64,000 nt of DNA from positions 94,040,469 to 94,104,468 of the forward strand of contig NC_068981.1 in assembly GCF_001194135.2 (NCBI RefSeq), read 5' to 3'. Source of the DNA: Octopus bimaculoides. Lineage: Eukaryota. Positions 50,615-62,454 of the stretch are shown piece by piece (the stretch's first letter is position 1; the number at the start of each line of letters is the position of its first letter). The notes under the pieces are model-generated. The model saw only the letters and a program-made list of their open reading frames with translations, searched no databases and was not told the DNA's origin. The position numbers and the translations under genes are program-made.

Positions 50615-51352
50615 TATATATATATATATATATATATNNNNNNNNNNNNNNNNNNNNNNNNNNNNNNNNNNNNNNNNNNNNNNNNNNNNNNNNNNNNNNN
50701 NNNNNNNNNNNNNNNNNNNNNNNNNNNNNNNNNNNNNNNNNNNNNNNNNNNNNNNNNNNNNNNNNNNNNNNNNNNNNNNNNNNNNNNNNNNNNNNNNNNN
50801 NNNNNNNNNNNNNNNNNNNNNNNNNNNNNNNNNNNNNNNNNNNNNNNNNNNNNNNNNNNNNNNNNNNNNNNNNNNNNNNNNNNNNNNNNNNNNNNNNNNN
50901 NNNNNNNNNNNNNNNNNNNNNNNNNNNNNNNNNNNNNNNNNNNNNNNNNNNNNNNNNNNNNNNNNNNNNNNNNNNNNNNNNNNNNNNNNNNNNNNNNNNN
51001 NNNNNNNNNNNNNNNNNNNNNNNNNNNNNNNNNNNNNNNNNNNNNNNNNNNNNNNNNNNNNNNNNNNNNNNNNNNNNNNNNNNNNNNNNNNNNNNNNNNN
51101 NNNNNNNNNNNNNNNNNNNNNNNNNNNNNNNNNNNNNNNNNNNNNNNNNNNNNNNNNNNNNNNNNNNNNNNNNNNNNNNNNNNNNNNNNNNNNNNNNNNN
51201 NNNNNNNNNNNNNNNNNNNNNNNNNNNNNNNNNNNNNNNNNNNNNNNNNNNNNNNNNNNNNNNNNNNNNNNNNNNNNNNNNNNNNNNNNNNNNNNNNNNN
51301 NNNNNNNNNNNNNNNNNNNNNNNNNNNNNNNNNNNNNNNNNNNNNNNNNNNN

Positions 51353-51600
51353 ATATGGCGTAGTGGTTAAGAGCGCGGGCTACTAACCCCAAGGTTCCGA
51401 GTTCGATTCACGGCAGCGACCTGATTAATAATAATAATAATATAATAATAATAATAATAGTAACATCGATAGGAATGAGAACCCAGGTTCGAAATTTCCC
51501 CAAGACACCTGACGAAGGCTGGAGGGTATATCAGCCGAAACGTTGTGTTAACAACAAACAAGATGAGGACAAATATCCGTCAAATGTAGATAATGTAAAT
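51353..51600 (+). mobile_element. tRNA-headed SINE with an (AAT)n linker and a hammerhead-containing 3' part
   Basis: A-box TGGCGTAGTGG (51356-51366), B-box GTTCGATTC (51401-51409), (AAT)n at 51426-51460, then a Penelope-like tail. The 5' edge abuts an N-gap. Confidence 0.75.
51504..51549 (+). ncRNA. Minimal type-I hammerhead ribozyme motif
   Basis: GACAC (stem I) CTGACGA A GGCTG-GAGGGTATAT-CAGCC (stem II) GAAAC GT T (palindromic AACGTT helix III, NUH=GUU) GTGTT (stem I'). There is one extra A after CUGANGA. Confidence 0.6.
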
Positions 51601-52079
51601 AATATATATATATATTTACTAAGGAGTTAAAGGGCCACATTTTTCTAATTAATTAGTAAGAGAAAGAACAAAACAGTAATCCTTTGTAGATTTTTAGAGT
51701 CTTGTTAGAGTAATGCAGTTCCATTTCAACTTCTTTTAGTGATAATTCTTTAATCAATTTCAGAGACATGTATTAGCATCAACCAGAGATTGCGTCTGGA
51801 AAGATGTAAGGGTCATAGCTGTTTTTATTGGTGAGCAGCTCTAATAATTGGTTTCACCAATTTAATAAACTATTTCTGCTGAGCTTAGCTGGAGCATATT
51901 TCACAGAAAAGTTATTTTCAACATGTCATTTTATTAGTAAATATACTACATCATCTATTTTATATAAATCTATGCAACAAACTTAGCAAACATATTCAGA
52001 AGTAGCTGAGAGAGATTCCCAAGAAAAATCATTTTTGTGACCCAAGTCTAAATGTTCCATTTTGCTCCAAAGTATGTTC

Positions 52080-52530
52080 CAACATTATCACTATATGGTA
52101 TGTTGGAACATGCTATTATATAACTGTGAAATATGGACACTGACAAAGAAATTATCAAATGGGATAGATGGCTGTTGCACAAGGATGCTATGAATGTCTC
52201 TGATTATGAAATGGCAGCAACATATGACAAACGAATGCCTTTATAGAGGCCTGCCAAAAGTTAGCAAGAAGATGAGGCAAAGATGTCTGCAACTATTTGG
52301 TCACTGCATGTACCACCCTGAACTGGAATCGTCCAAATTAGTCCAGTGGAACCGACATCATGGTGATGTATGAAGAGAAAAACGTCATACTTATATCAAC
52401 AAGTTGATTGAAGACACTGGCCTGGAATGTATCCAGGACCTCCAGATAGTGATGTTGGACCAGAAGGTGTGGCAGGTGGACTTTGTTGCTGCAACCCAGG
52501 TCGGAACCTGGCCATAATAATAATAAAAAT
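52080..52530 (+). mobile_element. 3' fragment of an RTE-X-like LINE
   Basis: ETWTLTKKLSNGIDGCCTRML...WQQHMTNECLYRGLPKVS...LFGHCMYHPELESSKLVQW...TYINKLIEDTGL, ending in a (TAA)n tail. Confidence 0.75.
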
Positions 52531-53280
52531 GGAGCATTTTGGATCACACCAATAAATGGAGCATTTTGGATCAACTCAAGAATTATGTTGATAGCATTTC
52601 AATTTTCAATTTCATTGATGTATTTTATTTTATCAAGTAATTCAAGTTAGCCATGTTTGACACTTTGATCAGTTCGATTGTCCTTGTATTCATTCAAGAG
52701 GAAACAAATTTCTGTTGACAACATTCCCAACACTCCCAACTAGTTTAAGTGTTACTATTAGTGTCTTGTGACACTGAACTAATAATGCTTTATTTACATT
52801 ACTTCCTTCTTAGCAGGATGCTAGTTGGTCACAGATTTAACCTTGTTGGTACTCCTTTTTAGCAGATACTTCGAGATACTTCATACTCATTGTAAGCATT
52901 AAACTAATACTGTATTCATTGTACTTTATTCCTTCTGTGTTGTTCTTTCTCATCTACTGTTTGATTTAAAAACTACTTTCAACCTTACATCAGATCATAT
53001 TCATCATCATTTTAACATCCACCTTCACATCCTTGCATAGACTGAACAAATTTTTTGTTGAAGAAGTTTTTCTACAGCCTGATGCCTTTCTTGTTGTCAA
53101 CCCTAATCTATTTCTTAGCAAAGTAGTGTTTCCCCATGCCCAGACATGTTTTCAAGGAATATTGGAAATGGATGATATTCATTTATAACAATTATGTCAC
53201 CTCAAGACAAGGACACACACACACACACACATACATCACACACACACATATGTACACACACACACATGCATACATACATA

Positions 53281-53510
53281 TGTGGTCTAATCAATAAGTA
53301 TCCGAACTGTTGCTATAGTAATAAAGTTAAAGCACTCAGAGCGAAGCTGCTTGGCATAGGCTGACCTTGAACTTTACTGTGTATGCATACAAAGTTTTAA
53401 TATTCTAGCTCTCTTCTGCTGTATACAGTAGTGCTTGGAAGGAAGGTGTGTAGTGTGTGATTGTTGCATTGACCTTGACAGAGAAAGTTAAGCAGAACTA
53501 TGCTGACCAA
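53281..53510 (+). mobile_element. 5' end of a mariner element
   Basis: TA|TGTGGTCTAATCAATAAGTATCCGAAC TIR-like start, and TTGACAGAGAAAGTTAAGCAG resembling MTEKVEQR. Confidence 0.5.
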
Positions 53511-54829
53511 ATTTTACTCCCAAAGATGACGGAAGAGTACAATATAGTGGTGCAATACTTGCAATGGAATAATTTGAAATAAGTAGAAAATAACAAAAAA
53601 ATTGGAAATTACTCATTTTGCCCCATTACTCTACAGTAATTTTAAGTGATTGACAAAATGAAAAATACAGAAAAAAGAAGAAAAGAAATTTGTTCGATTT
53701 AATGAAAACATTTGAACATCTATTCAATAACTCTAAAGCTGAAAAATATATTTTAGCTGTTGAGAGATTGATTTTATAATTAAAACTAAATTCAAAATTT
53801 AAATTTTGGAACATATTTCTTATTCTTTCATAATATAAGACTAAAGTTTTCAATGCTTCACTGAAATAATGAAATTTAGAAGTGACAACATAAGTGTGTG
53901 CATGTTTGTGTTTGTGTGTGTGTGTTGTGTGTGTGTGTGTATGTGTGTGTGTGTGTGTGTGTGAGTGTGTGTGCGTGTGTGTACCTTTAATTGCAAGTGT
54001 TCAAGCCAAGGTCATAGCTCAGTCATGCCTTGAAAGAAGGAATTTGAACTACAGACAATACCTTCTTTGTATCAATCTCTTTATGTCTACCTGTATATAC
54101 ATTCTCACACACACGCACACACACACACACTAACAAATACATATGTATACACATTTGTTGCTTTCTTTTTCACTGTAGCTGTCCCAAAAACAGCTACAAT
54201 TCTCTTGGAAATTGTAGCTGTTTTTTGGACTAGGTAGTAGTTATTTAACTGAATAAATTGGTAAAGGAATCTATGGTTATTTATGATAAAAGAGAATTCG
54301 TTAAATTTTTTAAGCCGTCAAAATGTTTGTATATTGAAAGGGAACCTCTTCATGTAAGATTGCTGGGAGGTGGGGCCTCTCTATATAGAGTGCTCCATGC
54401 CCTTCATAGCAAGCCTCTACCTCGCAATATCGTGAGTGGCCCAGGGCAATCTTCGTTTTTGCCCCCCTATAAATCAGGCCCCTGGTATGTGGTGCATTTA
54501 TGATATTGCTTCATTCTTATTTATTCCCCAAAATTTCTTTTCAACTATTTTATTTCTCTATGTACTGTAAGAGCTTAAATACTGATATTTTTATGCACAA
54601 AAATATCAGCTGTAAACACACTGAATTTGATATTTATTTATCAATTTATTTATTACCATTACTTAACTGCATGATCAGTAACTAAAATATATCAAATTTT
54701 ATTGCCTTCACAGTGTTTACCATTTTACAAAATTAAGTTAGAAAATTGGGCAAAACAGAACACAACTGAAAAAATTAAAAAGAAAAAAAAAAAAAGAGAA
54801 AGAAAAAAGAGAAAAAATCCAAAACAATT

Positions 54830-56830
54830 CACCACCTTGGGTTGAAAAGTTGGGGGCACTGGGAAACCTCTCTAATGGCTAGTGAGGCAACCAGCACGCT
54901 TGCAGTGTTACTGCGGGTGATGGCGAGGCTGATGCGCTGGAACAGCCAAGCACCCTCACAAGCCTCGCCATTTACCACTGCAAGGCGAGCTGCCAGTCAA
55001 GACAGGAATCTNNNNNNNNNNNNNNNNNNNNNNNNNNNNNNNNNNNNNNNNNNNNNNNNNNNNNNNNNNNNNNNNNNNNNNNNNNNNNNNNNNNNNNNNN
55101 NGCAGTTAGTGGTCCGACCCCATCAAAAGTCTCGAATGCCACAGGATGAAAAATGTAGTTGGCTGACAGATCATAGTATTTCAAGATTTTGTTCCGCTTG
55201 GCTGCAGAAGCTGTGGATCTCGCCCTGACCACAGCATCCAGAATTCCTCCTCCAATAAGCTAGAGACCGGTTGTAAGCACATCTTTGCAGTGAGATGGTG
55301 AAAGGTGCAGCCGACAGCAGTGGGGCAAAGGTCTCCATTCGGTTTTAGTGAGCCCGAATAATTTTGCACCGAAGAATAGTGGGTGGATATAAGGGAGGAC
55401 GTTTGCTGAAGAGAACTAGTTCACAAATTGAGTCGAATTCTCCAAGAGCTCAAATTCGGCAGGACTAGCTAATAAGGAAATACCAATCTTGAGGTGTTGA
55501 GGCCGAAGGCCATCAATTCCTGCACCTGAACCAGCAGGGAAGGATGAAATCGCCTTTCTGATGTTATCAGAGGTGAAGACTGGTCTCAAGTATTCTGGGG
55601 GATTGGGCCAGTTTAGTTGATTATCTGGGGGTGCCAGTGGGTGCTTCTCTTTCAGACATCTAAGAGACTCACAGTCACGTAGAGCACGGGAGGATAGAGA
55701 AGAGAGGAGATACAGCCCCTTTTATGTCAAATTCACTGAATTTAGCATTGACTGTATGCTTGAGGTCTATCAGTTGGATGTTGGTAGGCACTGTGCTCGA
55801 TGTCAAATTGAGGTGAGAAGTGGTTGGGGTGGACTTAAATAGCTGGAACTATTGCTTGGGAGAGGATGTAAAGGAGCCTGATTTCACATCGTGCACATGG
55901 AGAGAGATGCGAGGGAACAGAAACAGTTTCTGCTAGCTGGACACATTGTTGGATAAGCATACATTTTTCAACAAGCTGGAAAGCGTGTGAGCAAAGCTAT
56001 TCCAAGCTCCCTTAGGGATCTGGTTAATGAGCTTCGACTTAGATAAACCTTGAAGGGCTGCAGCTAAGTCCTCAGTAGAGAGCTGGTTGTCAGATTGTGA
56101 GACATCTCCATGAAGCACGTCGGAGCTGAAGTGGCACTGACTGCAGGTCCAGTATGGAAGACTTTCGGCTTGAGCCTTGGCGATGCAGACATGACTCCTG
56201 TGGTAATTTTGGTGGCACAAGTGACAAACGGTAGAGGGCTAGCATTGGAACGCAATCGAAGAAGTGAGTTAGCAGAGGAGGCAGGGAAGCAGCATTAGTT
56301 CCAAAGGTAGGACTAGAACAGAGGTCAGGTGGGGCGGGGGGGTGTTAAAAGTTGTAGGAGTGGTGGGGTTTGCAGGGTTAATTCTGTTTCCATTGGTAGG
56401 ACTAAAATGAAGGTCGGATGGTGGCGGGAGGGTTGTAGGAGTGGTGGGGTTGGTAGGGTTAATTCCCTTCAGAACCCGTGGTGGAGAGGGGTTAGCTTCT
56501 CTCGAACATACCGAAGTTGTTGGAGAATGAGAGGTCAGAGGTCGATCTATTGTCACATAGTCACTCCACTATGCAGGTCTCATGGTCGTTCAATGCATGC
56601 CTCAGCCACCAAGAATGGATAGGTTAAAGTGGTGGCGATCCCACCAATCAGCAGTTGCTGATGATTGGGAGAGAAAGAGCAATAAATATACAAGAATAAG
56701 TGGGTGGGGGGAGACAAAAAAGAGAGAGTGAGGAAAAGAGAAGAAAGGTGACAAAACTTTACAGAGCGCTATCAAAACAAAGTTTAAAGAGTCACACACA
56801 AACAGCATCCTCCAAAATGGCAGAAGGAAT
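54830..56830 (-). mobile_element. CRE-clade non-LTR retrotransposon, degraded and internally deleted
   Basis: N-terminal Cys/His region (CHQNYHRSHVC, CSQC), then KFSEFDIKGAV...EKHPLAP, GLRPQHLK and LFFGAKLFGLTKPNGDLCPTAVGCTFHHLTAKMC (start of RT). It then jumps directly to the REL C-terminus SAAKRNKILKYYDL...FHPVAFETF...WLFQRISLAITRSNTASVL. Confidence 0.75.
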
Positions 56831-57513
56831 AGAGCAAAACAAGATAATGAAGATAAACGGTTGAATAGTTCAGTTCAAGATCAAAAGCGTTGAAATGCAA
56901 AAAGAAAAAACAAAACAAGACAAAGCGAAACAGTGCAGATCATTAGTATTTTTGTAATAAATGTTATGGTGACTCTTGTGTGAAATAGTGTGATTTCTTT
57001 TTACTTTGTGTGTGGTGTGCACCTACCTGCAGATTTGTGTGAATATTGTTGTTTGTGCAATTGGTGGTGCACCTCCTGTGTTCACTGGGGGATGTATTGA
57101 TTTAGATTTTTTCCTCTTTCTTTTTTTTCTTTCTTTTTCCTTTACCCTGAGTTTTTCTGACCTTTTCCCTTTTTTCTCCCTTTCCATTCATGACTGCACG
57201 TAAACGGTTGTTTATTTTTTTAATTCGGTCACAAAACCCACCTCAAATTATAACAGAGATTATAACAATGAGAAAGTAGGTTTCACTTTACAAAATACCA
57301 GGTTACAGCAAGATTATTTTCAGGAAGTGAAATTCTGTAATATGGAAGGGTTATGTAAGTATACACACACAAATAAACCGATATATATATATCAGAATAA
57401 AAAGTTATTGATAAGAGAGAATCAATCTGGGCAAAGTACTTCNNNNNNNNNNCGGGCCGACCAAAGCCTTGTGAGTGGATATGGTAGACAGAAACTGAAA
57501 AAAGCCCGTCGTA

Positions 57514-57553
<40 letters not shown>

Positions 57554-57787
57554 TTTCATTGAAATCAGAGGTATTTGAAATTTGACAGGGGTTGTTTCCC
57601 CTACCCCCTTTAAGCATCCTAATTGCAATGGAAAGTAAATTTTATGTAGCTTATCGTCCTGTAAAATTTTACATGAGAACACTTACTTTGTTTTTATGTA
57701 TCTTCTATTCCTTTTTGTCCTATAGATGTACAGGCACACAGACACACAGGCGTTGAGCTTTATTATATAGATATATAAACATGTGCT

Positions 57788-58148
57788 ATATCCAAGAGTT
57801 ACAGAATGCAGTAGATACAATCTGGGCTACATATGTTTCATAGTGAGCAGAACTTCAGAAGTGGTAAACATCCAAGTGAAGTGTATACTACAGGCTACTC
57901 TTCAGACCAAAGGTATCTTGATTAAATGAAGTTTACTTTGTTGTCAGGAGAATTCTAATTGAACCCTCCATGTGTTAACATGGGCCTCCTAACGACAAAG
58001 TAAACTTCATTTAATCAAGATACCCTTGGCCTGAAGAGTAGCCTGTTGTATACACTTCACTTGGATATTTACCACTTCTGAGGTTCCACTCACAAAGAAA
58101 CATATGTAGATCAGATTTTATCTGCTCCAATCCATAACTCTTGGATAT
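57788..58148. mobile_element. Fold-back MITE (~160-bp arms, 35-bp spacer)
   Basis: 57788-57950 is the reverse complement of 57986-58148 with scattered mismatches. TA|TCCAAGAG...CTCTTGGA|TA. Confidence 0.88.
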
Positions 58149-58334
58149 TTATTTGCAGGCCTGGCAACCCTAGCTGCTAACTGTGGAATAGTAAATAGTA
58201 TTTTTCAGTTTATCATATTTCAATACAGGAAAAAAAAATCCATAACCTTCCGCCCCAATGAACCATTATTGTTCCTGAGAGTTGTTTTTTTTATATTTTC
58301 TATGGATTACTTGAAGTTCACTTTCTGTGGACCT

Positions 58335-58531
58335 AGGAGTGACTGTGTGGTAAGTAGCTTGCTTACCAACCACATGGTTCTGGGTTCAGTCCCACTGCGT
58401 GGCACTTTGGGCAAGTGTCTTCTACTATAGCCTCGGGCCGACCAAAGCCTTGTGAGTGGATTTGGTAGACAGAAACTGAAAGAAGCCCGTCGTATATATA
58501 TGTATATATATATGTGTGTGTGTGTGTGTGT
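58335..58531 (+). mobile_element. Microsatellite-bearing SINE, 5' half
   Basis: aggagtgactgtgtggtaagtagcttgc...gaagcccgtcgtatat, then (TG)n and an N-gap. A partial copy also lies at 57452-57545. Confidence 0.8.
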
Positions 58532-59428
58532 NNNNNNNNNNNNNNNNNNNNNNNNNNNNNNNNNNNNNNNNNNNNNNNNNNNNNNNNNNNNNNNNNNNNN
58601 NNNNNNNNNNNNNNNNNNNNNNNNNNNNNNNNNNNNNNNNNNNNNNNNNNNNNNNNNNNNNNNNNNNNNNNNNNNNNNNNNNNNNNNNNNNNNNNNNNNN
58701 NNNNNNNNNNNNNNNNNNNNNNNNNNNNNNNNNNNNNNNNNNNNNNNNNNNNNNNNNNNNNNNNNNNNNNNNNNNNNNNNNNNNNNNNNNNNNNNNNNNN
58801 NNNNNNNNNNNNNNNNNNNNNNNNNNNNNNNNNNNNNNNNNNNNNNNNNNNNNNNNNNNNNNNNNNNNNNNNNNNNNNNNNNNNNNNNNNNNNNNNNNNN
58901 NNNNNNNNNNNNNNNNNNNNNNNNNNNNNNNNNNNNNNNNNNNNNNNNNNNNNNNNNNNNNNNNNNNNNNNNNNNNNNNNNNNNNNNNNNNNNNNNNNNN
59001 NNNNNNNNNNNNNNNNNNNNNNNNNNNNNNNNNNNNNNNNNNNNNNNNNNNNNNNNNNNNNNNNNNNNNNNNNNNNNNNNNNNNNNNNNNNNNNNNNNNN
59101 NNNNNNNNNNNNNNNNNNNNNNNNNNNNNNNNNNNNNNNNNNNNNNNNNNNNNNNNNNNNNNNNNNNNNNNNNNNNNNNNNNNNNNNNNNNNNNNNNNNN
59201 NNNNNNNNNNNNNNNNNNNNNNNNNNNNNNNNNNNNNNNNNNNNNNNNNNNNNNNNNNNNNNNNNNNNNNNNNNNNNNNNNNNNNNNNNNNNNNNNNNNN
59301 NNNNNNNNNNNNNNNNNNNNNNNNNNNNNNNNNNNNNNNNNNNNNNNNNNNNNNNNNNNNNNNNNNNNNNNNNNNNNNNNNNNNNNNNNNNNNNNNNNNN
59401 NNNNNNNNNNNNNNNNNNNNNNNNNNNN

Positions 59429-59475
<47 letters not shown>

Positions 59476-59811
59476 ATCTAGTTTTTTTCATTCACAAAAT
59501 ATACATTTTGTATAAGACAGCAAAAAATCAGAAAATTGGCTATAATAATGTAGCAGTCCATTCAACACTGCTTTAAAGGTATGATGCCATGGAGAAAAAA
59601 ATTAGGAGTAAAAAGTTACGGAGGTTTACAAATCGAAGAAACTGGGTATTTTTTAGCCAATAGCAAGACAGAAATTTTCTTTGTTTAGCAGAGCAGTGTC
59701 AACTTTAATGTTGTACCCTGTAAAATGTAGCGTCTGACCTGTTCATTGTAGGTTTGTAAATAAACAGAAATACCTAATAAAATCAATATGTGTTGTGTTC
59801 TTATATAATAG

Positions 59812-60226
59812 GCATAGGAGTGGCTGTGTGGTATGTAGCTTGCTTACCAGCCACATGATTCTGGGTTCAGTCCCACTATGTGGTACCTTGGGCAAATGTT
59901 TTCTACTATAGCCTCGGGCCGACCAGAGCCTTGTGAGTGGATTTGGTAGACGGAAACGGAAAGAAGCCCATCATATATATATGTATATATATATATGTAT
60001 GTGTGTGTATTTGTTTGTGTGTCTATGTTTGTTCCCGCCAACATCGCTTGACTACCGATGCTGGTGTGTTTACGTCCCCGTAACTTAGTGGTTCGGCAAA
60101 AGCAAATGATAAAATAAGTACTAGGCTTACAAAGAATAAGTCTTGGGGTTGATTTGCTCGACTAAAGGCAGTGCTCCAGCATGGCTGCAGTCAAATGACT
60201 GAAACAAATAAAAGAGCAAAAGAGAG
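59812..60226 (+). mobile_element. Full-length tRNA-headed SINE with an internal (TA)/(TG) microsatellite
   Basis: Head ggagtggctgtgtgg...gggttcagtcccac, ccttgggcaa domain, microsatellite at 59963-60030, and a 3' part ending gaaacaaataaaagagcaaaagag. Confidence 0.85.
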
Positions 60227-60876
60227 TATGTATCATCTGGATTTAGTCTTTCTCATTCATTGATTGTATTGTTTTTGTTTTTTTTATTTGTTATATTAAT
60301 ATATTTGTCTGCATGTATGCATATTTCAGTATTATGTATACCTGCCATGTATCTATGTACATCATTAATATATAAGTCAATGTGTGTGTGTGTGTGTGAA
60401 AAGGGGGCATCTGTCTCCAAAACTCCAAAGTTGAGTAAGTTTCATGCTTGGATTTGTAAACTACAATAAGAATAACACTGGTCAATAAAGAATTTGTCCC
60501 AAGGAAAAGAATAACTGTATGTTATGTGTTTTTGTGAAACGTTCTTAATTAGCATCTTTTATTATTAATGCTGAATTACTGATTATATTTACACTAATTA
60601 ATGTTGGTAAAAATCACCTTAATTTGCAACAAAAATACTTTTAAAAAATAAAGGTAATAAGAAATGTTTTAAGAACCCAAATGTTGAAAAAGTCAATATT
60701 ATGTTGGAAGAAATACACACACATACTCACACACACACACACACGCACACACACACACACACACACAAAGGCTTTTGACTTTTATTGTACCTCAACCAAA
60801 TAAGAGTTCCTGTGCATGTGCTCTGAGAAAAGAAGAGACTCACTGAGAGACAGAAGAGAAGAAACTGAAGACTTAA

Positions 60877-61785
60877 ATGCAAGAGATGGAGGATTATATT
60901 GTCACGGAAGAAGATTTATTGGTCAGACATCGTAAAGAGAAGAAAAATCTCCAAGCTCAGATCCAGAAGATCAAGCATTCTGTGCCAAAAGGGGACAAAA
61001 AGCGCAAGAAGGAAGCTACAGATGAGATTGCCAAACTTGAAGGGGAGTTGAAGAAGAAGCACGAAGAGGAATTAGCCAAGTTGGTGGCATCTTTAAATGA
61101 AAAAGAGTCGGTGGAGGAAGTTGGGAAAGGAATATCCAAACTAACCACTGATGGTAACGATAATGGACCAATAGAGGAAGTCCGAAAAATATCGAAAGCG
61201 CAAAAGCGTAGGGACAAAAAAGCTGCTGAAGAGAAGGAACGTGAGAGGAGACTAAAGGAGCAAGAATTGGAGAACCTCCATGGCGACCGTCATCTGGAGT
61301 CGGAGAAACTACGCAGAATCCTGGAAGACATGGACTTGTATCTACACGAGATTCCCTCAGATGGCAACTGCCTCTACAATGCTATTTGTCATCAGCTGGC
61401 CCTGAAAAACATTCAGACGTGCAACTACTCCACCCTTCGTACCCAGACTGCCAACTATATGCTGTCTCATGAGAATGATTTTTTGCCATTCATGACAACC
61501 AAGAATTCAGATTCACTCTGTACAAGTGAAGAATACCAGAAAATCTGTAAAGACATTGCTACAACGCCTGCCTGGGGTGGACAGATAGAGATAATGGCAC
61601 TGTCCCATGTGTTACAAGTTCCAATCAAGGTGATTCAGGCAGAAGGTGAACCTGTGAAGGTTGGCCAAGAATACGACAAAGATGAAATCATTCTCACGTA
61701 CCATCGGCACGCGTTTGGTCTCGGAGAACATTACAATTCAGTGAAACCACTAGCAGAGGCAGACAACCCAAGTGACAGCTTCTAA
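60877..61785 (+). CDS. OTUD6B: OTU domain-containing deubiquitinase 6B, single exon, 302 aa
   Basis: N-terminal EEDLLVRHRKEKKNLQAQIQ...VPKGDKKRKK coiled coil, SKAQKRRDKKA, OTU Cys box IPSDGNCLY, WGGQIEIMALS, and His box YHRHAFGLGEHYNSV. The ORF is uninterrupted. Confidence 0.96.
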   Translation: MQEMEDYIVTEEDLLVRHRKEKKNLQAQIQKIKHSVPKGDKKRKKEATDEIAKLEGELKKKHEEELAKLVASLNEKESVEEVGKGISKLTTDGNDNGPIEEVRKISKAQKRRDKKAAEEKERERRLKEQELENLHGDRHLESEKLRRILEDMDLYLHEIPSDGNCLYNAICHQLALKNIQTCNYSTLRTQTANYMLSHENDFLPFMTTKNSDSLCTSEEYQKICKDIATTPAWGGQIEIMALSHVLQVPIKVIQAEGEPVKVGQEYDKDEIILTYHRHAFGLGEHYNSVKPLAEADNPSDSF

Positions 61786-62454
61786 CAAAGTCGAGATGTG
61801 GTGGTTTACATTCATCTCTGTCACAAGAAATCAAAAGAAAGGAGAGGAGAAAACCATAAAGTTAATGGCATTCGTGTGTTCCCCCCCACCTTTGCGATTT
61901 CCCATTTGGAATTAAGGATTTTTAAAATTTATATTGGCAGCGTTGACCAATATAAATAGTGTTGACCCCTTCTTTATTTCTCTAAATACAATGTTTATAT
62001 ACCAAAAATTTTATAACATTTTTCTGACATAATTTAAATATATACTTTAACCATGTAACACAAACCTTCTGTAGATTTTTCACTCTTGTTTATCTTTTAT
62101 ACATCCAACCACGTGCTTTCACATATCAACTTTCTCACATATATATNNNNNNNNNNNNNNNNNNNNNNNNNNNNNNNNNNNNNNNNNNNNNNNNNNNNNN
62201 NNNNNNNNNNNNNNNNNNNNNNNNNNNNNNNNNNNNNNNTATATATACACCACATGTACTTTGGACGTTGGGTTTTGTGGAAGTTTTCTTCCTTAGAAGC
62301 TTCGTTGTCGTGACAATTAAAGCTAAAGAATGTAAAAGAAACGTGGAAATCGCGATGGAGTGTTTGTTATTCCTCATTTAAGAAATGCATGATTGTCACA
62401 TAATTCTACCTCAGCCATTACTTCATACACACACATACCCAACTGTACTTTATG

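Noticed and set aside
52534-52572. Short direct repeat aaatggagcattttggatca x2
   Set aside because: A local slippage-type duplication at the end of an RTE-X tail. It has only two units and is not an array.
18627-59576. Long ORFs containing X runs (e.g. 20125-20874, 50544-51386, 58307-59491)
   Set aside because: They are artefacts of reading through N-gaps.
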